Shown here in pieces: positions 27,588 to 41,032 of a stretch of DNA of 64,000 bases. The position numbers were made by a program, and so were the translations under genes. The DNA is from Raillietiella orientalis (lineage: Eukaryota). The DNA lies in the NCBI GenBank assembly GCA_036172245.1, contig JAYWIR010000015.1, forward strand, positions 4,030,001-4,094,000, read 5' to 3'. Positions within the stretch are counted from its first letter, which is position 1. Each line of letters starts with the position of its first letter. The notes under the pieces were generated by a model. The model was not told where the DNA came from, made no database searches, and saw only the letters and a list, made by a program, of their open reading frames with translations.

Positions 27588-28934
27588 CAAGAAATACGTT
27601 AAAGTGGAATACAACAGCATGAACGCGATTCCCATATGATAAACCTTTCGTTCAACTTTAAAAAGTGAGGGTCTGTCCTTGGAGCCGCATCACGTGTGGG
27701 GGTGGATCCTGGCATTTCAGGCACCCTGTGCTTTGCGTGACTTCCGCCGAAACCAGTCGTAAAACTATTCGCTCCTGCTTCCATCCACTCTGCCACGAGA
27801 GCGGTTTTGACCTTGACTGGTCAACTGGAATTTCGCAGCGGGCTGCCGCGCATCCGGGACTCTGAACGCTCGTAAATGGGTCGCCTGTGGTTTAAAAGAA
27901 GCAGAAAATCCCCCGTTTAAAAATGCGCAGCTTTTCCTCCGGGACTTCACAAAGGATCCAAAAGTAAAAAAAAAAAAAAGCAAACAAATGTGGGCTGCCT
28001 AGTGCAAAGAGTTCTTGCACGCCAAAGCTGCAAGACTGAGTCTTATCCTGCAGTCAGTGGTCATATTTTTTGGGGGGAAGTCGAAGCGGGAATCGTTGTC
28101 GCTACTGAAAGTTTGGATTTGTTGGGGCTTGGACCAGGTCCATACGCAGAAACGAAGGATGCGGGAATTCTCCAAATTTCGTTGCATGTAAAGAGCTCGA
28201 GGGGCTTTTGGGGATCTCAAATACGAACATCCCGATTTTCGGAGTCCTGATAATCAGGGGCAGAAGCACTTTGAATCGAATCGGCGAGTGAGAAGAAGTA
28301 CCACAAAATGACCCACACGTCCGCTTCACTGAGACAGTGAATGTGGTGATTTCCATCTGGTGACGTTTTGTAGCTCCGTCAGAAAAGGCAAATCTTTGCT
28401 ACCAAACTGATCTTCTCTAGTAAAAGGAGGGCTCATTTATCCGTTTGAATCCTCGCCCTACGAGATAGGCTATTCGTTGCGTTATACATCTTGACTTCTT
28501 GCATGAGCTACCACGTTTGCGTGAACGGTGAGGAAGATCAGGCAACTTAGAAAACAGTCAGTAACTTCACAGATCTGAGGATTCCGTCCACCAACACCTG
28601 AATTTGTTAACAGGAGAGGTCAAGCTGCCCTTTGCTGAGACAAAGGAAGTTTCCTATTCGAGTGCGATGACATCGCTCAGAGATTAGCAACGTGCACTCT
28701 CGAAGAAAAGAGCAGTCCTCTTGTGGTGATGTGTATTCCGATAGAATTTTGTTCTTGGAGAATTTGGTGTTTCACTCAAGCTGTAGAGTACACCTAATTC
28801 CTCCCATTCGATACTGAACATTCCTCGGAAATTCGAGGGTCGGCTGTTCTTAACTCCTCCATCTAACATTCCCAAGAAATACGTTGGAGTAGAATACAAC
28901 AGCATGAACACGATTCCCGTATGCTGAACATTTC
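27588..28934 (+). repeat. ~62-bp dispersed direct repeat (27588-27649 and 28873-28934)
   Basis: caagaaatacgttaaagtggaatacaacagcatgaacgcgattcccatatg versus caagaaatacgttggagtagaatacaacagcatgaacacgattcccgtatg. Confidence 0.9.
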
Positions 28935-29562
28935 ACAGGACCCTTTTCGCCTATAGATCAACGACGTGAATTAAAATTAGGGCTGGAAAAAAAAAAGGGG
29001 GCGGGGATGCTCCTCTCACTCTACTAAAAGTTCCATTACCATCCATTCGGTTATGTCCTTGTCCATGGATAAGTGAATTGAGATCTTTCGAAACTTCAAT
29101 CACAAGAAACCAAAGATTTCAAGTGCAGCTTGATCCTGGAGCAAATAACTTCACTGGAAGGAAGTGGGACATCGAGCGAAGCGGTAACTCTTGAGCGCTT
29201 TGCACGATTCGGGGAGTTCGAGTAGTGATGGAAGATGTGAAGCTGTGCTGGGTCTCCACGACAGAGCAGCCTTGATGGTTCGAGCAAATCAGTTTCGTTT
29301 TACTTCCTCCAAGAAAATTCGGCATTCGGACTAGGACCAGCAAAGAATCCTGAGATGCAACAACTAGCTCGACGTCCGTGCTTCCATCTCGACAAAGAAC
29401 GCCGTTGAAACTCAATACTGTTCTTAGATGCTGTGCCGAGATCTCAGTGTCCGGTGAACTTCTCAAGTATCGGTGACTCGAGGCGTATCCGCTCACTTGC
29501 TGCTCCACAGATCACCCTCTCCAAAAAGCAACTCCTTCCCCGTTAACGTGCGTCTTTTCCAG

Positions 29563-29856
29563 AGACTGAAATCAAAATGCTTGGTGGAACAGACATCTAC
29601 GTTAAGGCGAACAGCACCATAGCAATAAAGTGCTCGATCGGTCAGTACCCTTCTTACATCTTCTGGCACAAGAATGGAAATCGTATAATGGATTCCACAC
29701 CCTTATCAAGGACGATAATTGAGACAAAAGCTACAGACAACAACAAGTACATCAGTCAGCTGACCCTTCTGAATACGCAGAAAGAAGACGCTGGTAACTA
29801 CAGCTGCAGCATCTCTCACGAGTTCTCTGACTCAACAATGATCCATGTTCTTGAAG
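29563..29856 (+). CDS. Dpr-like gene, Ig2 exon
   Basis: Acceptor cgtcttttccag|, donor GAA G|gtttgt (phase 1/1). Encodes ETEIKMLGGTDIYVKANSTIAIKC...IFWHKNG...SQLTLLNTQKEDAGNYSC...IHVLE. Confidence 0.95.
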
Positions 29857-32800
29857 GTTTGTTTCCCAATGATTGCATCTTGCATTTGATAGTACCTTTG
29901 CAGTCCTCTTGAGAATTAAATGATGCAGCATTCTTTCATGCTCTGCTCTTTAATGAACATGTGAATCGCGCTTGTACCAGTTTCTTGAGGATGTTTCGTC
30001 CCTCCTTTCAAACAACTTCATTTTCTTAAGAAAAGGTTCATCTTGATGATTATTTGAAACCTTGGGCTCTTTTTTCTTAAGCAGTAGTAGTGTGATACAT
30101 ATTTTTAATGTTTTTATGATCTGAAAGATCGATAGAGGTCCTCGTGCTTTCTGCTAATGGAGTTGCCATCGTCTCCAGAGAATCAACGTTGAAGAAATAT
30201 CGAATTCATTTCTGCTTAATCTACGAGTGCGGCTTCGAGGATACCTTCCCATTATGAGCCCCGAGCAGTGTGTGCTTACGAATGAAACAGGCTGCATCCG
30301 CTATCAGAAATCTTCTATCACTCCACTACTCTGTTTCAAGCTCGATCAAGTAGTGCGGTCCGTGGTTCCTTTCACAAGGATGGGAATGGGTTCTCAATGT
30401 CGTGGAAGTAGCGCAGTGCACGAGTCCAAATGGGAGGAAAATTGGAGGGAAATTTGACGTGCACAGATCACCTACAAGGACGGAATAAGCATAAGGACGA
30501 AGAGAGCTCTCTTTTCTGTCTGGTTCTACCACATATCGAAGAGAGTTTTGTGGCAAAACCACATTTGCAGTAGTTTTCAGTCGCCTAGGGAATCGGTCTG
30601 CTCGAGATCCTTTCACTTTTCCACGAGCGGCATTTCACTGACCCACGGAATCGCTGTCTTCACTGCTCGATGACTTGTGAAGGAACACTCTCGTAGGCCG
30701 ATTCCGCGCGCTGAAAGACTCTTGAGTGGCTCATCATGCATGTTTGGGCACCGCACTGATCGCACCGACGAAGCGTTGTCTCTGACTTCCTCTGGCACCG
30801 TTTCCTATGAAACTGTCTCATTTTCTGTTTGCTTAACCGGCCATACAGTCATCGGCAGGGGAACGACAACCACACACCTCTTTTCCTCTCACGTACAGCA
30901 GTGCGCCAATGGAAGGAACGGGGAAGGTCCTTCCTCGTCATTCTCGTTCAAAAGGATTGCTTCGCGATTTGAAGGAACTCGTGTTCTCCTGAAAGAAGAT
31001 TACAACTTGGGGATTACAGCCTCCGCATTTTCCCCGGAAACAGCGCTTCAAAGCCGTAAAAACGCTGATGCCAGGTTGTCCATAAAAGAGGTAGCTGCTT
31101 CCTAACAAGAGCTGTAGTGATGTGAGTTATAGGGTTTGGTAAGAGGAAGAATTCAGTAGAATTTTCGTGTTATTTCTTTTGTAAGTAAAGTTGGGTTACG
31201 AAGGCCTGTTTAATTCGTTTGTGAGATTCGTGTTGATTACCGAATAAAAGAAAAAAGACGGAAGAGATAGAAGGAGTATTTTAAGTGACTCTCTGCCCGA
31301 AAACGCCGAGCTTCCCACTTTAAGATTCCAGGAGGACCAGTCTCCAGCTGGAAGAATGGATAGGTTGTGCTCACAATACGAGCAGGAGTAAAAGGGTCTC
31401 ATATGCTTCATCATCTTTTTTTACTCCTCTGAGGGAAGGCAACTTGGTCGGTGCAATAGCGAACGCATTACAAAATGACACTGTAGTTAGGGTTAAGGGC
31501 CTTCGGTGGCTTGGCCATGAATGTTAACTAGCAAGGAGATAAGTGAATGGATTCCATGGATTCTGCTGATAGTATCTTTAAATTCGCAGCCGCATTGCCA
31601 GTTTCTAGCGAAGGAGCTTCAGAAGTCATGATTCAGTCTGTTCGCCTTGCGTTGGAGAAGTAAAATTCTGAGAACGTAGGATCACTTATCATGATGCAAG
31701 AAAGCGAAGCAATTTTCTCTACAATTCTAAAAGTGATTTGATGGACGACGAAGATGAGAAAGTTGCACTACTTATCCTTGTAGATGTCAGAGGAATTTCT
31801 GTCACTGAGGTCACAGATGAAATCAATGGACAAACTTCAGAAAACGAAAAAGATGTCAACATTCAGGAATGCAATGCAAATGAAGTACAGCAGATCAAAA
31901 TGCTGATACATTTGACTGCAAGCTGCAGAAAACTCGAAAGTTCCACGGAGTTGTTTAGCACGGCGTTTGCTTGTTGCTGAATCTCGACGGCTTCCTAGAG
32001 ATGATCAAATTCATCAGACACGTGAGAAGCCATGTATGAGGCCACAAAGGACCTGACAAAGGACCTGTTGTTGCCTTGCTTGAGACTTGTATTTAAAAGG
32101 AGTCGAGATCCAGAGGAAAAGATTCTCCCATCATTCGAGTGCCGTCGGAAGTGGCTTCCTGGAGGAGAGTGAGAACGTAAAGCTGACGGCCTCCATGTTC
32201 AGGAAGATAAGGACATGTACTTGGACGAATAAAAGGGTGGAAGCTTCCTGGGAGAGCGAGGTAGACGGAGATGGACAGGGAGCGTCTCCCTTAGGTTATG
32301 AGTGTTTCGTGACCACTCTCCATTTGTCTTTTTGTTTTGCAAGGATGTTTCATTATTTACGTGACACGCTGTCAGTCCGAAACGCGTCCAGTGGGCAACG
32401 CATTCAGGTCAAGTGCTCTCAACTTCAATGACATCACGAAGCGGTCTTGAAAGACACGTTCATCAGGGGAAAATTGCATTGCGTGATTTCAGCATCAGAG
32501 TGTTCCCGATCGATTGCAGCGTCGTTTCTATCCGGGAGAGAAATGCCCTGCATTACACGTGGGGACAGTGTTGTTAAATAAGCGCGAAGAACACAGAGAC
32601 ACCGATTGGGGCACTCCTGAATGTGCGAGTATGCTTCAGAGCCTCTAGCACCTCCGCAGAGGACAAGGTTCCAGATGCACAACCGTAACTGAACGGAGGA
32701 GTTTCCATTGCTGTGATGCTAGTTAATACCTTGACCTCTTCAGCTTCCGAAAAAGGACCGAAAGCACAAGGGCACAGTCATTTTGTTCTCTTCCTGGTGA

Positions 32801-32979
32801 TCACATAACGCAATGCGAACAGATGTGTTCTTGTTGGCAAGGAAAGAAGGAAAGGAGTGAGTTCAGGAAAGGTCTCCTTTTCCCTCATTCTGTATTCACA
32901 TCCGTCTGATCCACTCCAGAGAAATGCCTGATTGACTTAAGAATTCGCTGATTTCCAATTGATCAAGACATTCGATTTG

Positions 32980-33030
32980 AGGTTGAGGCTTCCGCGCGTG
33001 GCACCATGCGTCGCGGGTTCGAATACTCCG
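32980..33030 (+). mobile_element. SINE-like family, head fragment
   Basis: tccgcgcgtggcaccatgcgtcgcgggttcgaatactc closely matches the heads at ~40807-40845 and ~50070-50106. Confidence 0.75.
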
Positions 33031-36000
33031 GCGTATTACAAAAAGTGTCTCGAGCTGTTCGAATAAAACTCCTTGTTCCCTTTTTACCAAAGGATAGATG
33101 CTGCACCGGAACTCTCCATGAAGGGGAACCGTGTGAAATCAAAAACAGTCTGCAAGATGCTGCTGCTGAAAAAGCCTTTGGATAAAAGATCAGCTATTTC
33201 GCTTGCAATGATTTATGCACTATAAATTTGGAAGCAGACAAGAAGCTGGAGAAACACAAGGACCGACAAACCTGGGCAAACGTCCAAGCAGTGGCTGGTA
33301 GAGGACAGCAAACGCGGATGACCGTCATCTCGGAGTCGAAATTTTGTGCTCGTTCGAGGTCAGCAGAAAGTCGCAAAAGCCTGAAACAAGCAGATCTCAG
33401 CAGGATTCTCAATGAGGGAAACGTTCAGAAGCAAATGGGGTCTGAAAATTGGATCTTCAGCTCCAAGCAACCATGCCCTTATGTGAGATCACTGAGCTTT
33501 CAGATGACAGCGTTCTCCAAAGAAAGGAATCATGATCTCCATAGGAGTTAATGGGACAATCATGTGTAGTTCTTTAGCTAAGAGGCATTCGTTTCATGCA
33601 TGGTTCCGTGATTGCGGTCATGAAGACCAAAAAGGAACTCCGGAAAAGTCTCTCTACACGCCCCTATGCGCAAGAGTCTCTGATTAATCTTACATGGAAC
33701 TCGGAAGAAATTGTAAAGGAAGGAAAACTATGGAAAACTTACAGCGGAGAGACAAAAGCTCGGTTACGTGGATCAAGAAAACATGCAGATAAAAGAATAA
33801 ATAAATCTGCAACCCAGTGCGCTTTCTCATGCGATTTTCAAGATGGGGTTTCTGACAACCGAGTCAAGGTCACCGAGGTGTTGTGTTGTCGCTATCCCTG
33901 GAAGATCAGAGAAGAACCGGAGGAGAAGGATGTCACGAAGTTTTGAGCAGGTCCGTTCGGCGAACAGGGAGCTGAGGCTACACCATCCTTACTGCTAAAG
34001 AAGCATTGCATCTGATTCAGAACCATTGAATGACCGGGTTCATTCCACAGGAAGAAAAAGGGGGAGAAGGAGAGGACAAACTAACGAAAGATACTGACCT
34101 TTTATGCCCTCTAGCTATTAGAGAATCGAATCATTCAACCTTCCATTGCTAAATTACTAAAGAAGAAATCTTGTCCCTTATATAGCTGTGGAAGAATGCA
34201 TGCCATTCCTGCCGGTCCCTGTTCACAAATCCGAAGTGACCGAGCGCGTTGTCGTCAAAACAGATAAACTACGTTGATGACTGACTTTCAAATCATGGAA
34301 ATGATTGGTGGGTTACTATCACCCGTTGCTATTAGCTGTTACATCTTACAGCTAAAGGTCGACAACTTGCCGATTTGAGGGTACTCTTTCCAGTGATTGC
34401 TGTTTACCGCTGTAAGCAAAGTGCACAAGCTGGTACTTGCGTTTCAAAGGGAATGACAAAGGAATCATTCTTCCACTCTCTACATTCTTTTTCGTAAAGG
34501 GTGAGTGTCTCCAGCAGCTGGAAAGGGAAAATCAGGAAGACGAGGTCGATGAAATGCGGCTTGCACCCGTCTTCATTCGACGTTCGTAAGACATGACCGG
34601 TTTATCTTTCTCCATAGGAACAAATTTAGCGACACACTTAGTCACATTTCGTCGCCAGCATTTCAATGTAAAAGAGGTGTTTCTGTTTCAACACTAATTT
34701 GAAAAACGAAATTGAGATTCTGTCTGAAAAGATCTTGCAACCAAGGCTCCTTGTTAGTCTAGTGAACTCACTCACTTTGGAAGCATAACTCACTAGAGCA
34801 TTTTTTATGCCTTCAGTTTCCTACTGATTCAAAGCTCCTCGGGAAAGTCTTTTGTTTTCTTTTTCTTTCATATGTCTGAAGAGTTAAGGCGAATGTGGAT
34901 TGACCCGCTGCTGATTTACTATCGCAGTTGAATCTTCGTTAGGTTAGGTCGTTTTCAGAAAAGGGAGCCAAGTCATCGTACCTGACGCGTGCTTTCAATT
35001 CTCAACGGCAGCGTTTCAGAAGCTGCTAAAAGAGAAGTCAAGACATTGGGAAAGTTAGCTCCCACTTTTACTCACTTTTACTCCGGGTGTCAGTTTGCAC
35101 TATCATCGCCGGAGCATTGCGATCCAGCAACAGTTCTTGGAAAAGGAATTGAGCTTGAGGATTCTCCGAGCAACCGACCGAGCTGTCTCTTAGAAATGGC
35201 TTAGTCACTGCTAGCCAGAAGTACCAGAGATCAGGGAAAAAAAAGATAGTAGGATGCACCGTACGTTCCACACATCTCGAAAATCAGACAAGCCTGGCTC
35301 CTTCGAAGTATTTAGGGATTAAGCTTCCATTTTCAGATGGATGAGTTGGCCGAAAATAGCACTGATATCTCGGTTCAAGCACTGTGGGATCTTCATTGAA
35401 GGATCGAGAGAGAGTGCCTGCCAAAGAGCTAGCGGCACAGCGAGCAAGAATCAGAACCACAATTTTGTCCTTGCTCGGCACGGAAGTGGTTGTGATTGCT
35501 GGAGGAACTGCCACAGTCCTTCTTTCACGAAGATTTTCAACAGTCATCTGCATGCATGATTCTTCTCCTGAAGGTGCAAAAAACTTAAACAGTCCAATGA
35601 AAGTATTGCCGATCTCTCCAGAGAGCATTCTCTCTTTATGGAATCATTCAAAATCAGCAAGAAGTTGATCGTGAAAATGCTGTCAAAAAGCCATAAAATT
35701 TCGAAGCTCAACCATTTCCGTGGATCAATAGGGCTGTGCTGAGGCAGCAATGCCTGAGATGTTTGCCTTGATGTCTCCTTTTAAGAAGATTCGAAATCAA
35801 AACGAAGGGAAAGTGCTCCTTGTTTTTTTATTCAGAGCAGCTGCTACATAAGACAGATGACCTTTATTTTTCAATTTGAAAGCTAGAGATGAATATGAAG
35901 GGATTTGAGAACGAACCCTGGAAACTGGGAGAGGTTTGGAAACTGAATCTTCGACCCCTTAGCGGCAGTGTGACGGAGAAATATTTCAAGAGTTTCCTTT

Positions 36001-37759
36001 GATTCAAACGAAGCCTGTGTTTTGTTCAAGAGTTTTGTATTTGGATGCAGTCATTGCATTCGGCAGTGCATTAGAACATCCGAGAAAGCATTCATTCTTT
36101 CACGTGCACTTGACCTGTTCCTGTGATGTTCCAAGTGGGTTCACTTAATGTCATTGCATCTTGTTATCCTTCCTTTTAGTGTTCGAAAGCTGTGCGAACA
36201 CTGAAAAGTGTTCTCCGGTGAGTTCCGATGTTATCTCATCCGTTACCAGCACAACGAGGGTCTCCTTCTGCTCTTAATAGCTTTGTGGAGTTTAGTTTGC
36301 TCGTCTGTGGCTTGTGAATTTCCGGCCAAGGTCGCGATCATCGTCATGAGCACATGAGGGGAATCAAGTAGTTCTCATCTGTATGTCTGTTGTCACATTT
36401 AGACAGTCGGATTTCGCAAATCGACGGATCTTTTCTGGATGCTACGAGAGTTCGTTGCTGGTCCATTTTCTTATCTCTTGAATATTTCGCTCTTATGCGG
36501 ATCCGATCACTTTCATTCAGATCTTCATTGAAACCAATGCTGTCTCAAATCCTTTGATTGCTTCATGCCGGACTGCTCGTAATGTCGCGAGTGGAGTGCC
36601 CCATGACCTTCGGGTTGTTTTGTGCTTGCCGGACTCTTTCAGAGATGTTTGAATTTAGGCGAAATCTACTGCTGCCTCTTCCATTTTCATGCGCTGATCT
36701 GATGAGAAACTTCGTGTCCAGTCAGGCCGTTTGCTGGATTGTGTTGTTCAGTTGATTTCCTGAGGGCAATTCTCCGCTAATCCGAGGGAATTCCGTGCTG
36801 ATCCCAGTTCCACCGCGGACGTGGTTGCAGCCGGAGGACGCGAAGTGAAATACTGTCTTAGTAGGAGCAGAGCAGTCCAGGACTCTGTTCCCTGGGAAGA
36901 CGGAGTAGGAAATTTGAGAAAGAGAAAGTTCCATCGCTCAACGAAGTGGCCTTTTCTCTCAAACAGAAGCCCATCATAAAGCTGTTGAGGTCAGGGAGGG
37001 TGAGGTTCTGGAAAGGAATCTGGAGATTCAAGATCGTTGCTTATCCCTAAGCCGAAAGGGAGAACCAGATATAGCTGCTGCTTCTCTGTTTCCTTCCCCC
37101 GTAGCAAATTCTTTTTAGATTAATGGATAAAACTGTATGAAATTATTCTTCCTGATGCTAAGATGAAAAAGAAATCCAGCGACACATCCCCGTAATCTAC
37201 TGCTCCGCTTTCCTTCCTCTGCAACGATTTAGCTTCCACAGCTGACAGCGCTCGGAAAAATTCCGTGCATCTGGGAGCGAGGAATGTCGAACAAGCTGTT
37301 TTTCCATCCCGCTCTGAGATCACTGAAGATTTGCGCTGGGCGCTTGCTTCGTGTTTGCCATGGACCACACACGCCGAAGCAGCCAAGGAAGGAAACAGCA
37401 CGAAGACACGGAAGATGCTTGTCGGCAGCAGCAGCTTGATTCTCTGCAGATAGCGTTCAGAGGGCTCGATATACCGAAGTGGAAACGCGCAAAATCGGAT
37501 GCTGGTCCAAGTGCAACATGATGCACGGTCACGTGAAACACGAAATGTTCCAGTTGCTGCCCTTTTTCAAGTTCCTGAGTCCGGAATCACTCAGACCAAA
37601 GGAGGAAGGTCTACTGGATGATCAGTCCATCCTCGCAGATGGCACAGAAATCTTCGAGAAAATCACCCTTTGAAAGATGAGAGATACACCTCACTGAAGC
37701 GATAGGCCTCCGTTCCTAAAGTGGAAAAGTACCCAGCTGGCACCAAAGACTATCACGGT

Positions 37760-38245
37760 GGCACGTACGTAAGAAGCGCGGGTAATGCAAAGTGCCGAGA
37801 AATAGTCTGCATCGGAAGCGACTCTCAAGACTGCTCCAGCTACGGAAAGTGTGTAGCTTTACGAGACTGTGAAGAGAGATCAAGACGGGTCTGTGCTTGC
37901 AGAGCTGGGAGGTGGACCACCCCCTGCAAGAAGTCTGTGGGGCGCATTCGGCGTTTCGCCTATTGGAAGACACGTGCATCAGTTGCGTTCCCCGCACGAA
38001 GCGCTAGACTGTTCTGAAGGGTGTGAGTGATCCGCAGCGAGCGTACCAAGGTCGAAACAGAGGTGGAACAGGCAGACCAAAAAAGGTGGTTCGCGAGCTA
38101 TCTGATGGCCTCAGAGAAAGAGCCGCGGTGGGTCATCGGGCAGAAATCGGGATTCCTGACTGCTCTCCAGATCCCAAGATTCCACCCTCTCGCTTCGTTT
38201 CTGCACCGCGGAGATCGGAGACCGAAATTCGTCTGCGGAGGCAGA
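37760..38245 (+). pseudogene. Decayed EGF-like plus C-type lectin domain fragment nested in the last Dpr intron
   Basis: CIGSDSQDCSSYGKC...CACRAGRWTTPC (EGF-like), then across frameshifts CGAHSAFRLLEDTC...KR* (TAG where W is expected), KVETEVEQ...YL...WVIG ... KFVC (CTL motif order). Confidence 0.55.
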
Positions 38246-39489
38246 AATTTCGCATCGGTTCAGCTCGATTGATTGATGATGAAGCAGCCATTTCCATCTC
38301 TGCATAGTCACCTCATGTTCATTTACATATAGATAAAATCGATAAATCACAATGGCAGAAGGCCCAGAGTTGCAACGGAACAAGGGGCGTCGGCAGCTTC
38401 CCTTTCGGAAGTGGAACTTCCGATGCCAACTCGAGGAGGCAAATCAGCTTCCGAAGAGAGAGCCTGGAAACGGCTACGAGGATGTGATCACGCGGTGGGA
38501 GCTACTTGAGCTTTGGCACTCAAAGCACACCCAGAGGCGCAGTTTGGTTCATGCATCGCAGCCTCCACCCTGCCCACATATCGGGAAGCGTAAGTCCCGA
38601 AAAAGTACAGTGCAGGGTTCCCAACACCCAAAGAAGTTGCGCGAGGATCTGGAAATGGCTTCAAAGGCGGAACCTGGCAGTTTCCCAGGAACTCTCGGGG
38701 ATGTTCAGAGTGAGATAAAAGGGAAGGAGACTTTCTCGAGAATTGGGATGGGAGTTCTATACGCTTATCTATATCTTTTCTATACGCTCTCGCTTGCCAG
38801 CCGCGCCGCGTTCTTCCCCTTCACAACGAAATCTCCTCTTACTTTTCACTTGGTAAATCCCTCAGGTGTCCCGGGTCTTTCCCTGAAAGATGGCATCCTC
38901 AGTTTGCAAAATTTCAAAGCGGCCCACAGCGGCTGAGGTCAAAGAATCCGCTTTTTTTTCCTGCTACTCAGAGAGATTTTGGGAGTGGGCAGTCTAGGAT
39001 CAGGATCAACGCTCAAGAATGTTTAGCGACCAGACTTTTTTAGAGTAGCTTCTGGGAAAACGGAAAAATTTTCGCGGTCTATCTCGTCAACAAACAAACT
39101 GGACCGCTCTTGGAACGGGCAACATCATCGGAAAGCCAGATGCCTTCTTTATGGAAACTTAGACGAATGGCCAGCTTCTAGTTCATTCGGAAAAGATGGA
39201 AGATACTGTTGGTTGTTGTGGCTGCAAAGCCAAGAAAGGGATACTTCATACTCATCATTATTGCAGATCTCCGCTATGCATTTTTCCTTTCGTAAATTCC
39301 GTGCTTTCGAGTTTCAAGAGTAGCTCCGTGATTTGAGAAATTAAGCAACAGTTCATTTGGAAACAGCAAGATGTATGTAAAAGAACATGTTTTTGGTCCA
39401 TCCCAGGCATCCCCACGTTTTCAACTGAAACCACTTGACCCGTTCTCTGTACTTTCCTCAGCCACATTGTTTGCCAGTGATCTCATCTA

Positions 39490-39670
39490 GAGTCCATCCT
39501 GTTCTTACCACTCCCAATGCATCAATTTTTCCCTGACAACGAAGTATTCTTTCGCCGTGGGAACTCTCTGACTTTTAGAAACGGGATGTGTTTCCCCAGC
39601 AGCACTCCTCGACACATACATGTGTGCCAGGAAGCCAACTGGACACGTTCCGTGCCGTGTTTGAGCGAGT
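39490..39670 (+). pseudogene. Possible sushi/CCP domain relic
   Basis: PNASIFP / GNSLTF...HVCQEANWTRSVPCL resembles CCP 'G..V.F.C ... C....W....P.C'. One Cys is lost and there is a frameshift. Confidence 0.35.
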
Positions 39671-40777
39671 TGGTTTTCGAAATGGAACCACATTCTCAGA
39701 TCGTCCTGTCGTGTCTCAAGCCAAACGGCAGAGGCAGTTGCACGCACACGAGGACCTACTATGCCTTGCCTGCTGTCACTGCACCAGTAGCACTAACTTC
39801 TACCGTATTTGGTTCATTGAAAACCCTCTAGAAAGGGTCTCTATCTTATGAGGATTTCATTCGTGTCTCGTCCACATTGGGATGGAGAACAGAAACATAA
39901 AGAGAAGAACTCGAATGCGAATTTCCGTCTTCTAGTCTGAAGTAACGACTAATGAGAGCAAGATGTTCCGTGAATCCAGAGTGACAAATGTGACATATTC
40001 CTTCACACCTGCGACTCTAGGAGAAAAAGACTGTTATCTCCAGTTGATTTGGAAACTTTGTTTCCGTAGATCCGCTTCTGTAGTTACCTGCTCATGTTTC
40101 CCTAACCTTTTTTTCGTCAAGTGGGACCGTGAAGTGGTTCATCCGGGACACAGTTCGAAACTGATACTGCTGCAATCAAGGTCGATTCTTTGATTGATGG
40201 CAGATTTTTTGATTCTTCACATTTTCTTTTTCTTCACTTCACCAACGCTCACTGTGAACCGAAAATTTCTTCCGAGGTGCAGCGTAAGCAAACTGAGCTT
40301 TGATCTCACCTTGGAAAGTTCGAAAAGCAGGAATTCGTTTGAAGGAAGGACGAACCCTTCTTTCCTGCTCCTCCGCCAATTCGCTGCTGATTGTGGCCAT
40401 AGAGAAGCTTCCTCCAATGTGTCATTTGGTGGAGACGTGGTGGATGATGCAACAAACTGATGCTGTCGTTCAAAGCATCCGGACACCTAGCCGCATCAGC
40501 CAGGAAATCTTCTGATTGACGAAACGTAGGCATACAGAATGGATTCTCCAGGAAACCATCAACCTGTAGAATCCCTCAGCGCCGTAGATCAAGAAAGCAG
40601 AGTGGTAGCGGAGAAAGGAAGGAGAAAAGAAAAGAGAAAATTTCAACGGAGAGAAGAAAGTCCTTGTGAGAAAGGACTATCAGCAGAGGCTTCTTCCAGC
40701 CACGGAGGAGAACCTACGAGACAGATTCTGGCCCCATCAAGAACGACCTCAACACCAGTAGGCCAGCTCCCACGGAT

Positions 40778-41032
40778 TGCCCGCGTCGGAGACTGTGGTT
40801 ACGGTTTCCGCGCGTGGTACCATGCGTCGCGGGTCCGAATTCTTCGAAAGAAATCGACGCAGTGCGTCGTGGGTTCGAGTTCCTCCTGCAAGATGACGCT
40901 GGTTGTCCTACATTCATTCGGCTGCAACACTGGTAGTGTTTTAAACCGGACGCTTCCGATGAGTGGCCGGAAATGTGGGAGTCGACCCTCGGGTCCTTCC
41001 AGGAATCAAGGAGTGGGGACTTCCCCCTACTG
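40778..41032 (+). mobile_element. SINE-like family copy (head and start of body)
   Basis: Collinear with 50031-50300: gcccgcgt ... gggttcgagttcctcctgcaagatgacgctggtt ... ggtccttccaggaatcaaggag. Confidence 0.8.

Noticed and set aside
31940..32040. C2H2-like peptide CLLLNLDGFLEMIKFIRHVRSH
   Set aside because: Second Cys missing, flanked by stops, and no exon structure.
40940..40990. Hammerhead ribozyme in the SINE body (ccgatgag with gaaac-like sequence)
   Set aside because: The core is CCGATGAG/CCGGTGAG rather than CTGANGA, it varies between copies, and three stems could not be built.
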